Notes: a model not told the origin generated them from the letters alone. A stretch of DNA of 30,071 bases from Gemmatimonadota bacterium (GCA_039586365.1 JBDHKN010000061.1:1-30071); one strand, 5' to 3'; shown: positions 8,129-16,951, counted from the first letter of the stretch. A program made the numbers and translations.

Positions 8129-10887
8129 GCGCCGACGACCGAATTGCTCCCCCGCGCCTGGCCGAGGCGTTCCTCTCCCGTTGCCTTCCAGCAGGTGCTG
8201 TTCGCGAGACTGTACTCGGCGACCTTAGCGAGATGTATGTCGCGAAGTTCTTCAAGTCGGCGAACCGCTCAAAACCTGAACGCCGGACAGGCCCCGGCGT
8301 CAAACACCACCAGCTGCGCCAAGGCGCTTCTATCTGGTACTGGAGCCAAGTCCCTTTGGTGGGCGGGCGGTACCTGTTTCGCCGGGTATTCCACCGTCGT
8401 CTCTATCGGATCCGTGGCTCAGCCGCAGGGGAACACGAAGCTAGAGCGCCCGGAGGTATCCACTTGAGTGAGATCTGGGGCGATACCCGGTTTGCGGTTC
8501 GGTCCTTCCGCAGGGCTCCCGGCTTTGCGATCGCTGCAGTGCTGGTGCTCGGCATCGGTATCGGTGCCGTTAGCCTCATGTTCTCGACCTTCAACTCAGT
8601 GGTACTCCAGCCGCTCCCCTTTGAGCAGCCCGACCGTCTGGTCTGGGTGTGGGGGACGAGCGAGAGGATGCCCCGGAACACGATCGCCTACCCCGACTAC
8701 GTGGATTATCGGGATGGAACGGACGCGTTTGAATCGCTTGCCGCTGTCATGTTTCGGCGGACCCGGGTCGTCACCGGGGGCGACGGGGCGGAGCGGGTCA
8801 TCACTTATCCAGTCTCAGCGAACCTTTTCACGGCCCTGGGGATTTCCCCTGAGCTTGGCCGTGTGTTTCTCCCGGAGGAGGAGGAGACAGGGCAGGACGG
8901 GGTGGCCATCCTGAGCCACGGGTTCTGGGAGCGCAGGTACGCTGGGGATCCCGGGGTGATCGGGTCCACCATCACCCTGGACGGGATGCCCGCGGAGGTC
9001 GTGGGTGTCATGCCCGCCCGCTTCGTTTTGCCCGTTGGCTACACCTATCCTGCCGGCGCCGACGTGTGGTTCCCGCTGCAACGAAACGCGGGCTACGCCC
9101 GGGGTCGGGCGAACAACAACTTCGCCGTCCTAGGTCGGCTGCGGGAAGGCGTCTCCCTCGGGCAGGCGCAGGCGCAGATGGACGTGGTGGCCCGGAACAT
9201 CGCGGATTCCTATCCCGAGGTGAAGGCCGGGATCGGGGTGACCCTGGTGCCGCTGCACGAGCGCTTCTTCGGATCAGCGCGGGAGGCCCTGCTAATGCTG
9301 GCGGGAATCATCTCGCTGGTTCCCCTGGTTGCGTGCGCGAACGTGGCGTCCCTGTTTGTGGCCCGTGCGGTCAGCCGGCGGACCGAGCTGGCATCGAGGC
9401 TCGCGCTGGGCGCGTCACGGGCGAGATTGGTGCGTCAGCTTCTCAGCGAGGGCATCGTGGTGGCACTGGCCGGTGGTGTCGTCGGACTTGCGATCGCGTT
9501 CGCAGGAGGCGAGGCGCTTCGCGTTTTCGCTCCGGGGGCGCTGCCACGTCTGGGCACAATCGCGATTGATGGAACCGTATTGTCCGTCACTCTGGCTGTC
9601 TCGATCCTAATGGTGCCCCTCTTCGGCCTTGCCCCCGCAATCCGAGGAAGCGACATGAGGATTGCTGAAACGCTCAAGGTCGGTGGAGGGCGAGGATCGA
9701 GCGGCCGGGGCTGGAGATTCCGGAGCATTCTGGTCGTGGCCCAAGTCGCTCTCTGTCTGATGCTGATGTTGGCGTCCGGGCTCTTCGTGCGGAGCTTCGC
9801 GAACCTCCAGAGCGTGGACCCCGGTTTCCAGACGGAGAGCGTACTCAGCATCAACGCGTTGCTGCCAGACTTCAAGTATGAGAGCCGCGAGGAAATCGAG
9901 CAGGTGTGGGGCGACGTGCACCGTCGACTCCAAGCGGTCCCGGGCGTACGTACCGTGGGATTCGTCGACAACCTGCCCCTCGGAGCCGAAGGTCCCAAGT
10001 ACTATGTTTGGGCCGCCGCGCGACCTCCAGCCAGCGCGGCCGAGCGGGTGCCGGCCACCCGGCGGGGTGCCTCGCAGGGCTACTTCGACGCACTCGGGAT
10101 CCAGCTCCTCGCAGGTCGCCACTTCGAGCCAACAGAGAGATGGTCCGGACCCGGGGGAGCCACGGTGATCAACGAGGCGCTCGCGCGGCAGTTCTTCCCG
10201 GGCGAAGATCCCCTCGGGAAGACCCTAGTCCTGGACTGGGACAGACCGGTTGATCTGGAGGTCATCGGCGTCACGGCCGACATCCACGAGGTGGGACCGG
10301 GATCGGATCCGATAGCGACGTTCTACGTGCCGGTACGGTGGTACTACGACATGCTGAGCGTGGTGATCGGGACCGAAGGAGACCCGCTGGCGTTGGTTGG
10401 AGCGGTGAGGCACGCGATCAAACAGGTGGATGAAGATGTCACCCTGTCCTCGATCCAGACCATGCAGGATCGACTGTCGGACACGCTGTTCCAGCCGAGG
10501 TTTCGCTCTGCCGTGGTGGGGATCTTCGCGCTGGTGACATTGATCCTGTCGTCAATCGGGCTCTACGGTGTGCTAGCATACTTCGTACGGGAGCACAGCC
10601 ACGAGATCAGCGTTCGACTGGTGTTGGGTGCGGGAATGGGAGGGGTAGCCCGACTGGTTCTGGCGCGCGGGTTGGCCCTCGTTGCGGGGGGAATCATAAT
10701 CGGCCTCGTCGGTGCACTGGTCGGAACGCGCCTGATTGAGAGTGTGCTCTTCGGAATCGGCGCCACAGACCCGATCACATTCTGCGGAGTGAGTCTCTGC
10801 CTGGTCGCTGTGACCCTTGTCGCGTGCCTTGTGCCCACATTGCGAGCCGTTCGGTTGGATCCAGTGGAGGTAATGAAGGCAGAGTAG
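8125..10887 (+). CDS. Duplicated MacB-PCD/FtsX ABC permease (ADOP-type orphan permease)
   Basis: GTGA overlap with padR; N-terminal 'PPRLAEAFL' prefix domain; 'DTRFAVRSFRRAPGF', 'ACANVASL', 'RLALGASRARLVRQLL', 'GLYGVLAY', C-terminal 'RAVRLDPVEVMKAE'. Confidence 0.92.
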   Translation: MSADDRIAPPRLAEAFLSRCLPAGAVRETVLGDLSEMYVAKFFKSANRSKPERRTGPGVKHHQLRQGASIWYWSQVPLVGGRYLFRRVFHRRLYRIRGSAAGEHEARAPGGIHLSEIWGDTRFAVRSFRRAPGFAIAAVLVLGIGIGAVSLMFSTFNSVVLQPLPFEQPDRLVWVWGTSERMPRNTIAYPDYVDYRDGTDAFESLAAVMFRRTRVVTGGDGAERVITYPVSANLFTALGISPELGRVFLPEEEETGQDGVAILSHGFWERRYAGDPGVIGSTITLDGMPAEVVGVMPARFVLPVGYTYPAGADVWFPLQRNAGYARGRANNNFAVLGRLREGVSLGQAQAQMDVVARNIADSYPEVKAGIGVTLVPLHERFFGSAREALLMLAGIISLVPLVACANVASLFVARAVSRRTELASRLALGASRARLVRQLLSEGIVVALAGGVVGLAIAFAGGEALRVFAPGALPRLGTIAIDGTVLSVTLAVSILMVPLFGLAPAIRGSDMRIAETLKVGGGRGSSGRGWRFRSILVVAQVALCLMLMLASGLFVRSFANLQSVDPGFQTESVLSINALLPDFKYESREEIEQVWGDVHRRLQAVPGVRTVGFVDNLPLGAEGPKYYVWAAARPPASAAERVPATRRGASQGYFDALGIQLLAGRHFEPTERWSGPGGATVINEALARQFFPGEDPLGKTLVLDWDRPVDLEVIGVTADIHEVGPGSDPIATFYVPVRWYYDMLSVVIGTEGDPLALVGAVRHAIKQVDEDVTLSSIQTMQDRLSDTLFQPRFRSAVVGIFALVTLILSSIGLYGVLAYFVREHSHEISVRLVLGAGMGGVARLVLARGLALVAGGIIIGLVGALVGTRLIESVLFGIGATDPITFCGVSLCLVAVTLVACLVPTLRAVRLDPVEVMKAE

Positions 10888-10992
10888 CAGCGGGTTTCCG
10901 CTCGTAGCCCTTCGCTGGGAGTTGTCGCTGGAGGTGGGTGTGGATGAGCTAGTCCAGCGGTTCGAGATGCGAAGCCTGCCACTTGATTCCCG

Positions 10993-11043
10993 TGGACAAA
11001 GGCGCATGAAGTCACTAGACTCTATATATGCAATATATATCTG
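10993..11043 (+). promoter_or_regulatory. Sigma70 promoter followed by an AT palindrome operator
   Basis: TGGACA(10993-10998)-17-TAGACT(11016-11021); TATATAT-GCA-ATATATA (11023-11039) over the expected transcription start. Confidence 0.6.
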
Positions 11044-11149
11044 TGACAGGGGTACACCTCTTTGATGTCTGGGACGAGGGTGTTGCAGTCTGGGCCGCTA
11101 GGGGCAGGGAGCCAGGATCTCCGACGCCGGCGCATCTTCCGGCCCTCTT

Positions 11150-11183
11150 GAAGCTTCCCCTTCCCGGGAAGGGAGGAGGCTTC
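11150..11183 (+). promoter_or_regulatory. SD-sequestering hairpin
   Basis: GAAGCTTCC-CCTTC[CCGG]GAAGG-GA-GGAGGCTTC pairs the GGAGG SD; ATG at 11186. Confidence 0.5.
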
Positions 11184-11185
11184 CG

Positions 11186-11911
11186 ATGAGAACCGGTGTG
11201 GCCTTTCTCCCAGTTCTCCTCTCAACCTTGCCTCTGCTGCTTCTGGGAGCCCTTCATGGCCAGGAGGGCCCTGAGGTCCACGTCCCGTCCGGCCCCGCCG
11301 TTTCCCTGGATGGGATCCTGGAAGCGGAGGAGTGGGAAGGAGCCGCTCGTTTCGCCATGCGGGGAGGGGGCGAGATCCTGCTCCGGGCTCGGGGTCCGGA
11401 ACTCATGGTGGGTGTGAGGGGGGCCGGCCCCGGCTTCCCCCACGTGGCTCTTGCGGCGGGCGACTCGGTGTGGATACTCCACGCCTCCGCTGCGCTCGGG
11501 ACCATCACCTACGCACGGGACGGCGAGGAGCGCTGGCGGCCGGGTCAAGGCCCGGTGTGGGAGCTGCGGGACACGACCCTCTCCGCCCAAGCCATGGAGG
11601 CCCGTGAGGCCTACCTGGACGAGCACGGATGGGTGGCCAGCACCGCCAGGATGGGGAGTGATGGTGAGGCCGAGTTCGTGATCCGCCTGGACAGGTTCGG
11701 AGGGGGGGAGGCCCGCCTCGGGGTGGCTTGTCTGGTGGTGCCCCGCCGTCCGGAAGCCCCCCGCTGGCCTGACGCCCTCCCCGACGAGATGAACCGGGCC
11801 GAGCTCCTGGCCGGCGGCACCCCCGAATTCCTGGATCTTCGCCCATCAGGTTGGGCGCGTTTGCTGCTCCAGGACAAGCCTCCCGGGGGGGATGCGGTCC
11901 GGGTTCGGTAG
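11186..11911 (+). CDS. Secreted hypothetical protein, possibly CBM9/DOMON-like
   Basis: Signal peptide ending ALHG|Q; 'AVSLDGILEAEEWEGA' resembles the CBM9/DOMON N-terminal 'P.IDG.L...EW' motif; strong SD. Confidence 0.65.
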   Translation: MRTGVAFLPVLLSTLPLLLLGALHGQEGPEVHVPSGPAVSLDGILEAEEWEGAARFAMRGGGEILLRARGPELMVGVRGAGPGFPHVALAAGDSVWILHASAALGTITYARDGEERWRPGQGPVWELRDTTLSAQAMEAREAYLDEHGWVASTARMGSDGEAEFVIRLDRFGGGEARLGVACLVVPRRPEAPRWPDALPDEMNRAELLAGGTPEFLDLRPSGWARLLLQDKPPGGDAVRVR

Positions 11912-11964
11912 CCTCGGTGTGCAGGAGGTTTCAAACACGGCGTTTCGGCTAGACAAGGCCCAGC

Positions 11965-13035
11965 ATGAACGCGGAGATGAGCATGATTGGCGTGAGGCCA
12001 CTGAATCTTACGGTTTTGCCGCTTTCATCGATCCTGATGCTGGCGACTCCGGTTGCCGCTCAGGATTCCCGGATCGGGACCGAAGCACCGGCTTTCGAGA
12101 AGAGCCCTCAGACCTTTGAGCCCGTGGGCGCCTACGAGCTCTTCTTGGAGGATCTCGACGCCGACGCCGATCTCGACGCCGTGATTTCGAGCTACGGCAC
12201 CTCGTTGATCCTGTGAAATGACGGGAGGGGCCACTTCACCGAGTCCTGGCGGATTCAGACCATACACGGCCTTGTCGTCGGGGACATCGACCTGGATGGA
12301 GATCCGGACCTGGTTTTGGCTCCCCGCGGGTTGGAACGGGAGACCTGTGACGTCTACCTGAACGATGGCAGGGGCGAGTTCGACATGTCCGATCTCGAGG
12401 TGTGTGGTGGAGAGGGTCCGCATTTCTTTTACTTGCGACTCACCGATCTAGACGCCGACGGGGACCCGGACGTCGTCAACTCCCGTTATGGGATGTCATT
12501 CGCCTGGGTCAATAACGGAAGTGGACGATTCGAGAGAAGCCGACTCCCGATTCCCCCGGATGCGTCCTTCTGCGATCTGAACGGGGACGGCTACAAGGAT
12601 GTCGTGTCACGGGAGAGCGAGCTGGTAATCCAGTGCGACTCCATGGGGAATTGCGGCGAAGGCGGCTTGCTACCCAGGGGAGGCGAAACGGGAATCCGGG
12701 TCTACCTGAACGACCGGACAGGGCGTTTTGAGAGCCACGCCTTCCTCCCCCTTTCCCAGCTGGCGAGAGCCAGCAACACCCTGACCTGGTTCATCGATAT
12801 CGACAATGACGGTGACATGGATGTCATCTATACGGATGGTCCCGGTCGTCTCTATCCCGTGGGGGTGCTCCGAAACGACGGTACGGGCCACCTGACCCGG
12901 AGTGGGGTGGGAATAGCCACCGTGGAGAACGGGAGGATCGGGGCCGGGGACCTGAACAATGACGGGTATGTCGACCTCGTCATCACGCACCTGAACCAGC
13001 CGGCTCAGGTCTGGATGAACGGCGGGAGCGGGACC
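11965..13035 (+). pseudogene. FG-GAP/VCBS-repeat secreted protein with an in-frame TGA at 12214-12216 and an apparently truncated 3' end
   Basis: ORFs 11965..12216 and 12316..13362 share a frame; reading through gives IL*NDGRGHF...GDIDLDGDPDLV; about six DxDxDG..D repeats; repeat pattern stops after 'VWMNGGSGT'. Confidence 0.8.
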
Positions 13036-13270
13036 ATTGAGATGTCCGATGCCATCCACGCCACTTCCGTCATAAGTGCCAGGAAGAAGACTACTGGGAG
13101 GAGGACCAGGCCCAGAACCAAGAGCTGGGTTGTCCGGGATCGCTGTTCCGGAGGTGGTTCCTCCAGTCGAAGCAGGAACCAGAGCAAAGCTGCTGCGCCA
13201 AAAAGACTCGGCCACACCAGGTTCAGGGCCGTCAAAGGCAGCCTCCGCAACTGCTCCAGACTGCGACGGC
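13036..13270 (-). pseudogene. Fragment of a membrane-protein gene (two TM helices)
   Basis: 'LTALNLVWPSLFGAAALLWFLL' and 'QLLVLGLVLLPVVFFLALM'; no clear start or SD; abuts the truncated FG-GAP gene. Confidence 0.45.
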
Positions 13271-13277
13271 GTCAGGT

Positions 13278-13787
13278 CTACCACATCCTCACTCTCGCGA
13301 CCTGCCGGTATCTCGGTGCCGTTGTTCCGCCAGCAGCTTCGCCCGGCGTTGCCACCGACTGATCCGCGGTCGGTGACCACACATCGACTACCCTTGCCAG
13401 CGACTCCCCGGTAAAAAGGGCGTGAGGTACACGGGAAGGGATTGCGACCACCTCGCCCGCGCCCACCGCTGTCAACGCACCGTCGATCTCGAAGAACAAC
13501 GTTCCCTCGAGTACCAGCGTGATCTGCTCGCTGTCGTGCCGGTGTAGGTGGAACCGTGTGTTTGGGTCGACCTCAAAGTAGGTGAGCACTGCGTCGTCTA
13601 TCGCTACGCCCCAATGCCTGACGCCTGCACACCTGCCCAACGGCTGTAATGTGCGACGCGGGTAGTGCTTTACCCCCTTTTGAGCCAGCGGCACGGCGCT
13701 GCGTCCGCCGAGATCACACCGAGTTTCCATCTCCAAGCACCCCGGTGCCACACTCTCAAGTAAGATCGTCCCTCCGGCTTCTCTCAT
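13278..13787 (-). CDS. Cupin-domain protein
   Basis: Cupin motif 1 'HRHDSEQITLVLEG' and motif 2 'GEVVAIPSRVPH'; AGGAGG SD before ATG 13787. Confidence 0.85.
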   Translation of the reverse strand: MREAGGTILLESVAPGCLEMETRCDLGGRSAVPLAQKGVKHYPRRTLQPLGRCAGVRHWGVAIDDAVLTYFEVDPNTRFHLHRHDSEQITLVLEGTLFFEIDGALTAVGAGEVVAIPSRVPHALFTGESLARVVDVWSPTADQSVATPGEAAGGTTAPRYRQVARVRMW

Positions 13788-13842
13788 GCAGACCTCCTAT
13801 CCAGAAACGATCCTGTAAATCGCTCACTCCATCTCTCATCGC

Positions 13843-14184
13843 TCAATCACCGAATACATCGTCCATCACCGCAAGTGCGAACCGCGCGGAGACGGTGCGT
13901 TTGCCGCTGCCGATTTCGATTCCGACCTCAATCGCCTCGAGCACTTCACGCGTCGACGCGCCGGCCGTCGCGGCCTGCTCGATGTGCCACTGCATGCAGG
14001 ATTCGCAGTCGGCGTAAACGGAGATGCCGACCGCGATCAGCTCCTTCACCCGCTTCGGCAGAGCGCCATCCGCGTATGCCGCCTGCTCCATTTGGAGGAA
14101 CGCCTCGTACACTCCCGACTGCAGCGCCTCGAGCTTCTGATGCGCCTTCTTTCGCTCTCTGGAAATCTCTGCCAGCATGTTCAT
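13843..14184 (-). CDS. Carboxymuconolactone decarboxylase/AhpD-family protein with CxxC
   Basis: 'DGALPKRVKELIAVGISVYADCESCMQWH', 'AGASTREVLEAI'; start taken at ATG 14184 after GGGAG/GAAGG. Confidence 0.9.
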   Translation of the reverse strand: MNMLAEISRERKKAHQKLEALQSGVYEAFLQMEQAAYADGALPKRVKELIAVGISVYADCESCMQWHIEQAATAGASTREVLEAIEVGIEIGSGKRTVSARFALAVMDDVFGD

Positions 14185-14311
14185 GACCTTCGCTTCTCCC
14201 CGGTCATCCCGCGTAAGACTCGGAAGACCCGCCCCAGACACGGATGTCGGCCCGTGAAGCGGCCCCGAGCTCGTCGTGTTCCAGTTGCACCGTGCTCCTC
14301 TTGCTCGAGTC

Positions 14312-15130
14312 TCATTCGGGACACGCCAACTGCGTCAACTCTCCTTGCAGCACCGTCACCGCCCGACCGAAGAGGTGAACGCGGTCGCCGAGCACGCGCA
14401 CGCCGACAACGCCGCCACGTTTGGAGAGTTGATGGCCTACCAGTTCGGTCTTGCCGAGACGCTCCGCCCAATACGGTCCCAAGGAGCAATGCGCCGCGCC
14501 GGTTACCGGGTCCTCGTCGATGCCGACGCCGGGGGCAAAGAAGCGCGACACGAAATCGCGCTCGGCTGTGTCACTCCGGGCCGTCACGATCCACGCACCG
14601 GGTCCGGACTCCCTCAAGCGGCCGATGTCGGGCTCGAGGTCCCGGACCGTCGCGGCCGAATCGACCTCGACCAGACCTGCAGGGAACTCGTTCTCGTACG
14701 CAGCCAACGGCTCGGCGCCGAGCGCGTCGGCAAGTTCGGTTGGGACGCCTATCGGCTCGACGGGCACGGCGGGAAAGTCCAAACAGATCCTCCCATCCTC
14801 CAAGCGGGCGGTGAGCGGGCCGCTCTTGGAGTGGAGCACGATCTGATCCTCACCCGCAGCGAGATCCTGTTCCCACAGAATGTGCGCGCTCGCGAGTGTG
14901 CCGTGCCCGCACAGAGGAACTTCCACGGTTGGGGTGAACCACCGTATGGAGAACGCCGCCCGCTGGCCTGGATAGGGCACGAGGAACGCTGTCTCCGAAA
15001 GATTCATCTCGGCGGCCACAGCCTGCATCCAGCCGGCGTCCACATCCTCATCGAGCACACAGACACCGGCGGGATTTCCCCTGAACGGTTCGTCGGTGAA
15101 CGAGTCTACCTGGTAAATCGGTATCGCCAT
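14312..15130 (-). CDS. PhzF-family isomerase/epimerase
   Basis: 'IYQVDSFTDEPFRGNPAGV', 'EMNLSETAF', 'RWFTPTVEVPLCGHGTLA', 'EDPVTGAAH'; AAGGAG SD before ATG 15130. Confidence 0.93.
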   Translation of the reverse strand: MAIPIYQVDSFTDEPFRGNPAGVCVLDEDVDAGWMQAVAAEMNLSETAFLVPYPGQRAAFSIRWFTPTVEVPLCGHGTLASAHILWEQDLAAGEDQIVLHSKSGPLTARLEDGRICLDFPAVPVEPIGVPTELADALGAEPLAAYENEFPAGLVEVDSAATVRDLEPDIGRLRESGPGAWIVTARSDTAERDFVSRFFAPGVGIDEDPVTGAAHCSLGPYWAERLGKTELVGHQLSKRGGVVGVRVLGDRVHLFGRAVTVLQGELTQLACPE

Positions 15131-15216
15131 GTCGAGGGACTCCTTGATGGGTGCCTGTGGCGGCACCTGCACGTTTCGCGCGGAGATGCGCGATCGGTCA
15201 GACGATGAGTCAGCAC

Positions 15217-15288
15217 ATTCTACTATCGGGTCGAAATATTGTCACAGCGCAGTGGCATGTCAACGCATCAATTGTCACAATGACAATT
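15217..15288 (-). promoter_or_regulatory. Promoter of the phzF-like gene with MocR-type operator
   Basis: Minus-strand GTGACA(15245-15240)-17-TAGAAT(15222-15217); palindrome AATTGTCA-CAA-TGACAATT (15270-15288); extra half-site ATTGTCAC (15238-15245) overlapping the -35. Confidence 0.7.
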
Positions 15289-15357
15289 TGACGGCATGAC
15301 CGGCGCAACAGGGGGCAACCTGGTCCGGTCACTTGGTGGTGTGGTGATGCTTGGTTG

Positions 15358-16761
15358 TTATACGAGCGCTGAGGGGCAGCAGGCCCTGCAGTGGGCAAGC
15401 TCCGCGATGAGGCTTAGGCCCTTGCGTAGCTGGGCGCGATCCTCCGCTGCGCTGACGCAGACGCGTACGGCCTTGGGCGGTTCGCCGGACCGGAGCGTGA
15501 ACGCGCCCGACGGAGTAACTGCGACGCCGCGGCGTCTGGCCTCGTTCGCGAACTCGGCGCTGGACCAGTCGAGCGGGAGGTAGAGCCATATGAAGTACGC
15601 TGCCGGCTGCGTTCGGTAATCGAACCCGGCCAGCACCTCACGAGTGATCTGCTGCCGTGCCTCTGCCTCACGACGCTTCCGCTGTGCGACGTCGGCAGCA
15701 GTGCCGTCTTCGATCCACAGGGTCGCGATTTCCAGGTTTAAGGGCGCGGCCATCCACACGGAGCTCCAGACACCGTGTTTCAGCTGCTCACGCGCGAACG
15801 GAGGCGCCGCGACGAACGCGACTCGCAGGCCTCCGCCGATCGCCTTGGACATGGTTGCGATGAAGAACGTCCGCTCCGGCACGAGTGTCGCCACGGGCGG
15901 GGGCGCATCCGGTGAGAGAAATCGGATTGCCTCATCTTCGATGATCAGTAGGTCGTGCTGTTCAGCCACCTCGGCGATCTTCTCCCGGCGTTCCGCCGTC
16001 ATCACGGCGGTTGTCGGATTGTGAATGGTGGGCGTCAAGAACAGGGCTCGTGCCTTACGCTGGCGGCACGCTGCATGGAGGGCGTCCGGGATCATGCCGA
16101 ACTCGTCCATCGCTACGCCCTGCAAGCGCAGATGCTGCTGCTGTGCTGACGCTACGAAACCGCTGAAGGCATGCTCATCGACCAGGACGAGGTCCCCTGG
16201 TTTCGCAATAGCACCGAGGATCACCCCGAAGGCATGGTGGGCGCCCACGGTGACGACCACCTCCTCCGGCCTCGCGGCGAGGCCGAAGTAGCGCAGCCAC
16301 TTCGCTCCAGCTTCGACGTGGCGCTCCCTAACGTGGTGGGACTCATACCGCAGCAGTTGAAGAACGTCGGAACGCTCTGCAACGGCTCGCAGGCCCGCGG
16401 CCAGGTCGGGCGCCTCAGTGTCGATCGGGTAGCTCACGCTGAGATCGATGATGTCCCCCTTGCCCACGCCTCCCGACACCTGGCGCCATGTCGCCGTTCC
16501 GGTCGCTCCCTCCGGTTCGAGGTTCCGCACGAACGTGCCCCGGCCCGTCTCGCCACTGATCACTCCACGACGTTCTGCCTCGAGATAGGCGCGGGTCACG
16601 GTGCCGATCGAGACACCCAGGCGGCGCGCCAGCTCCCGCTGCGTGGGAAGCCTGTCACCCGGCCTGAGACGCCCCTCGGAGGCATCAGTGACGAGGGCCT
16701 TTGCGATCGCCAGATACAGCGGATCGTGGTTCTCGGTCAATGTCGGCACCCAAGTTGTCAT
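15358..16761 (-). CDS. MocR/GabR-family regulator (GntR wHTH + PLP aminotransferase-like domain)
   Basis: 'LRPGDRLPTQRELARRLGVSIGTVTRAY...GRGTFV'; 'HNPT', 'IIEDE', PLP lysine in 'TMSKAIGGGLRV'. Confidence 0.95.
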   Translation of the reverse strand: MTTWVPTLTENHDPLYLAIAKALVTDASEGRLRPGDRLPTQRELARRLGVSIGTVTRAYLEAERRGVISGETGRGTFVRNLEPEGATGTATWRQVSGGVGKGDIIDLSVSYPIDTEAPDLAAGLRAVAERSDVLQLLRYESHHVRERHVEAGAKWLRYFGLAARPEEVVVTVGAHHAFGVILGAIAKPGDLVLVDEHAFSGFVASAQQQHLRLQGVAMDEFGMIPDALHAACRQRKARALFLTPTIHNPTTAVMTAERREKIAEVAEQHDLLIIEDEAIRFLSPDAPPPVATLVPERTFFIATMSKAIGGGLRVAFVAAPPFAREQLKHGVWSSVWMAAPLNLEIATLWIEDGTAADVAQRKRREAEARQQITREVLAGFDYRTQPAAYFIWLYLPLDWSSAEFANEARRRGVAVTPSGAFTLRSGEPPKAVRVCVSAAEDRAQLRKGLSLIAELAHCRACCPSALV

Positions 16762-16798
16762 AGTGACAATCTATATGGCGTTGTTCCTATTGAGTCAA
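16754..16798 (-). promoter_or_regulatory. mocR promoter (probably leaderless) with operator on the start codon
   Basis: Minus strand TTGACT...TATAGATT-gtcact-ATG, no SD; TTGTCA-TAG-TGACAAT (16755-16770) spans the ATG. Confidence 0.65.
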
Positions 16799-16951
16799 TA
16801 CAGGACTGAATCGGCGCGGTCGCCAGGGCAGGCAGATTGTCCAGCATCTCCGGGTTACAGTGACTTCGCGGACGGCGTGGCGGACCGAGGGATGTCTGCT
16901 CGGCTGGGTGGCTGGGGCGAGCCGGACGCAGCGGAGGATCCTGGGCGAACC

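Noticed and set aside
12214..12245. Selenocysteine or alternative-code reading of the TGA
   Set aside because: The position is a hydrophobic/Trp site of an FG-GAP repeat, not a Cys site. The downstream hairpin is weak and close to the codon, and many intact genes here end in TGA.
14312..15130. Phenazine biosynthesis cluster
   Set aside because: Only a PhzF-family homologue is present; no phzA/B, D, E or G-like genes.
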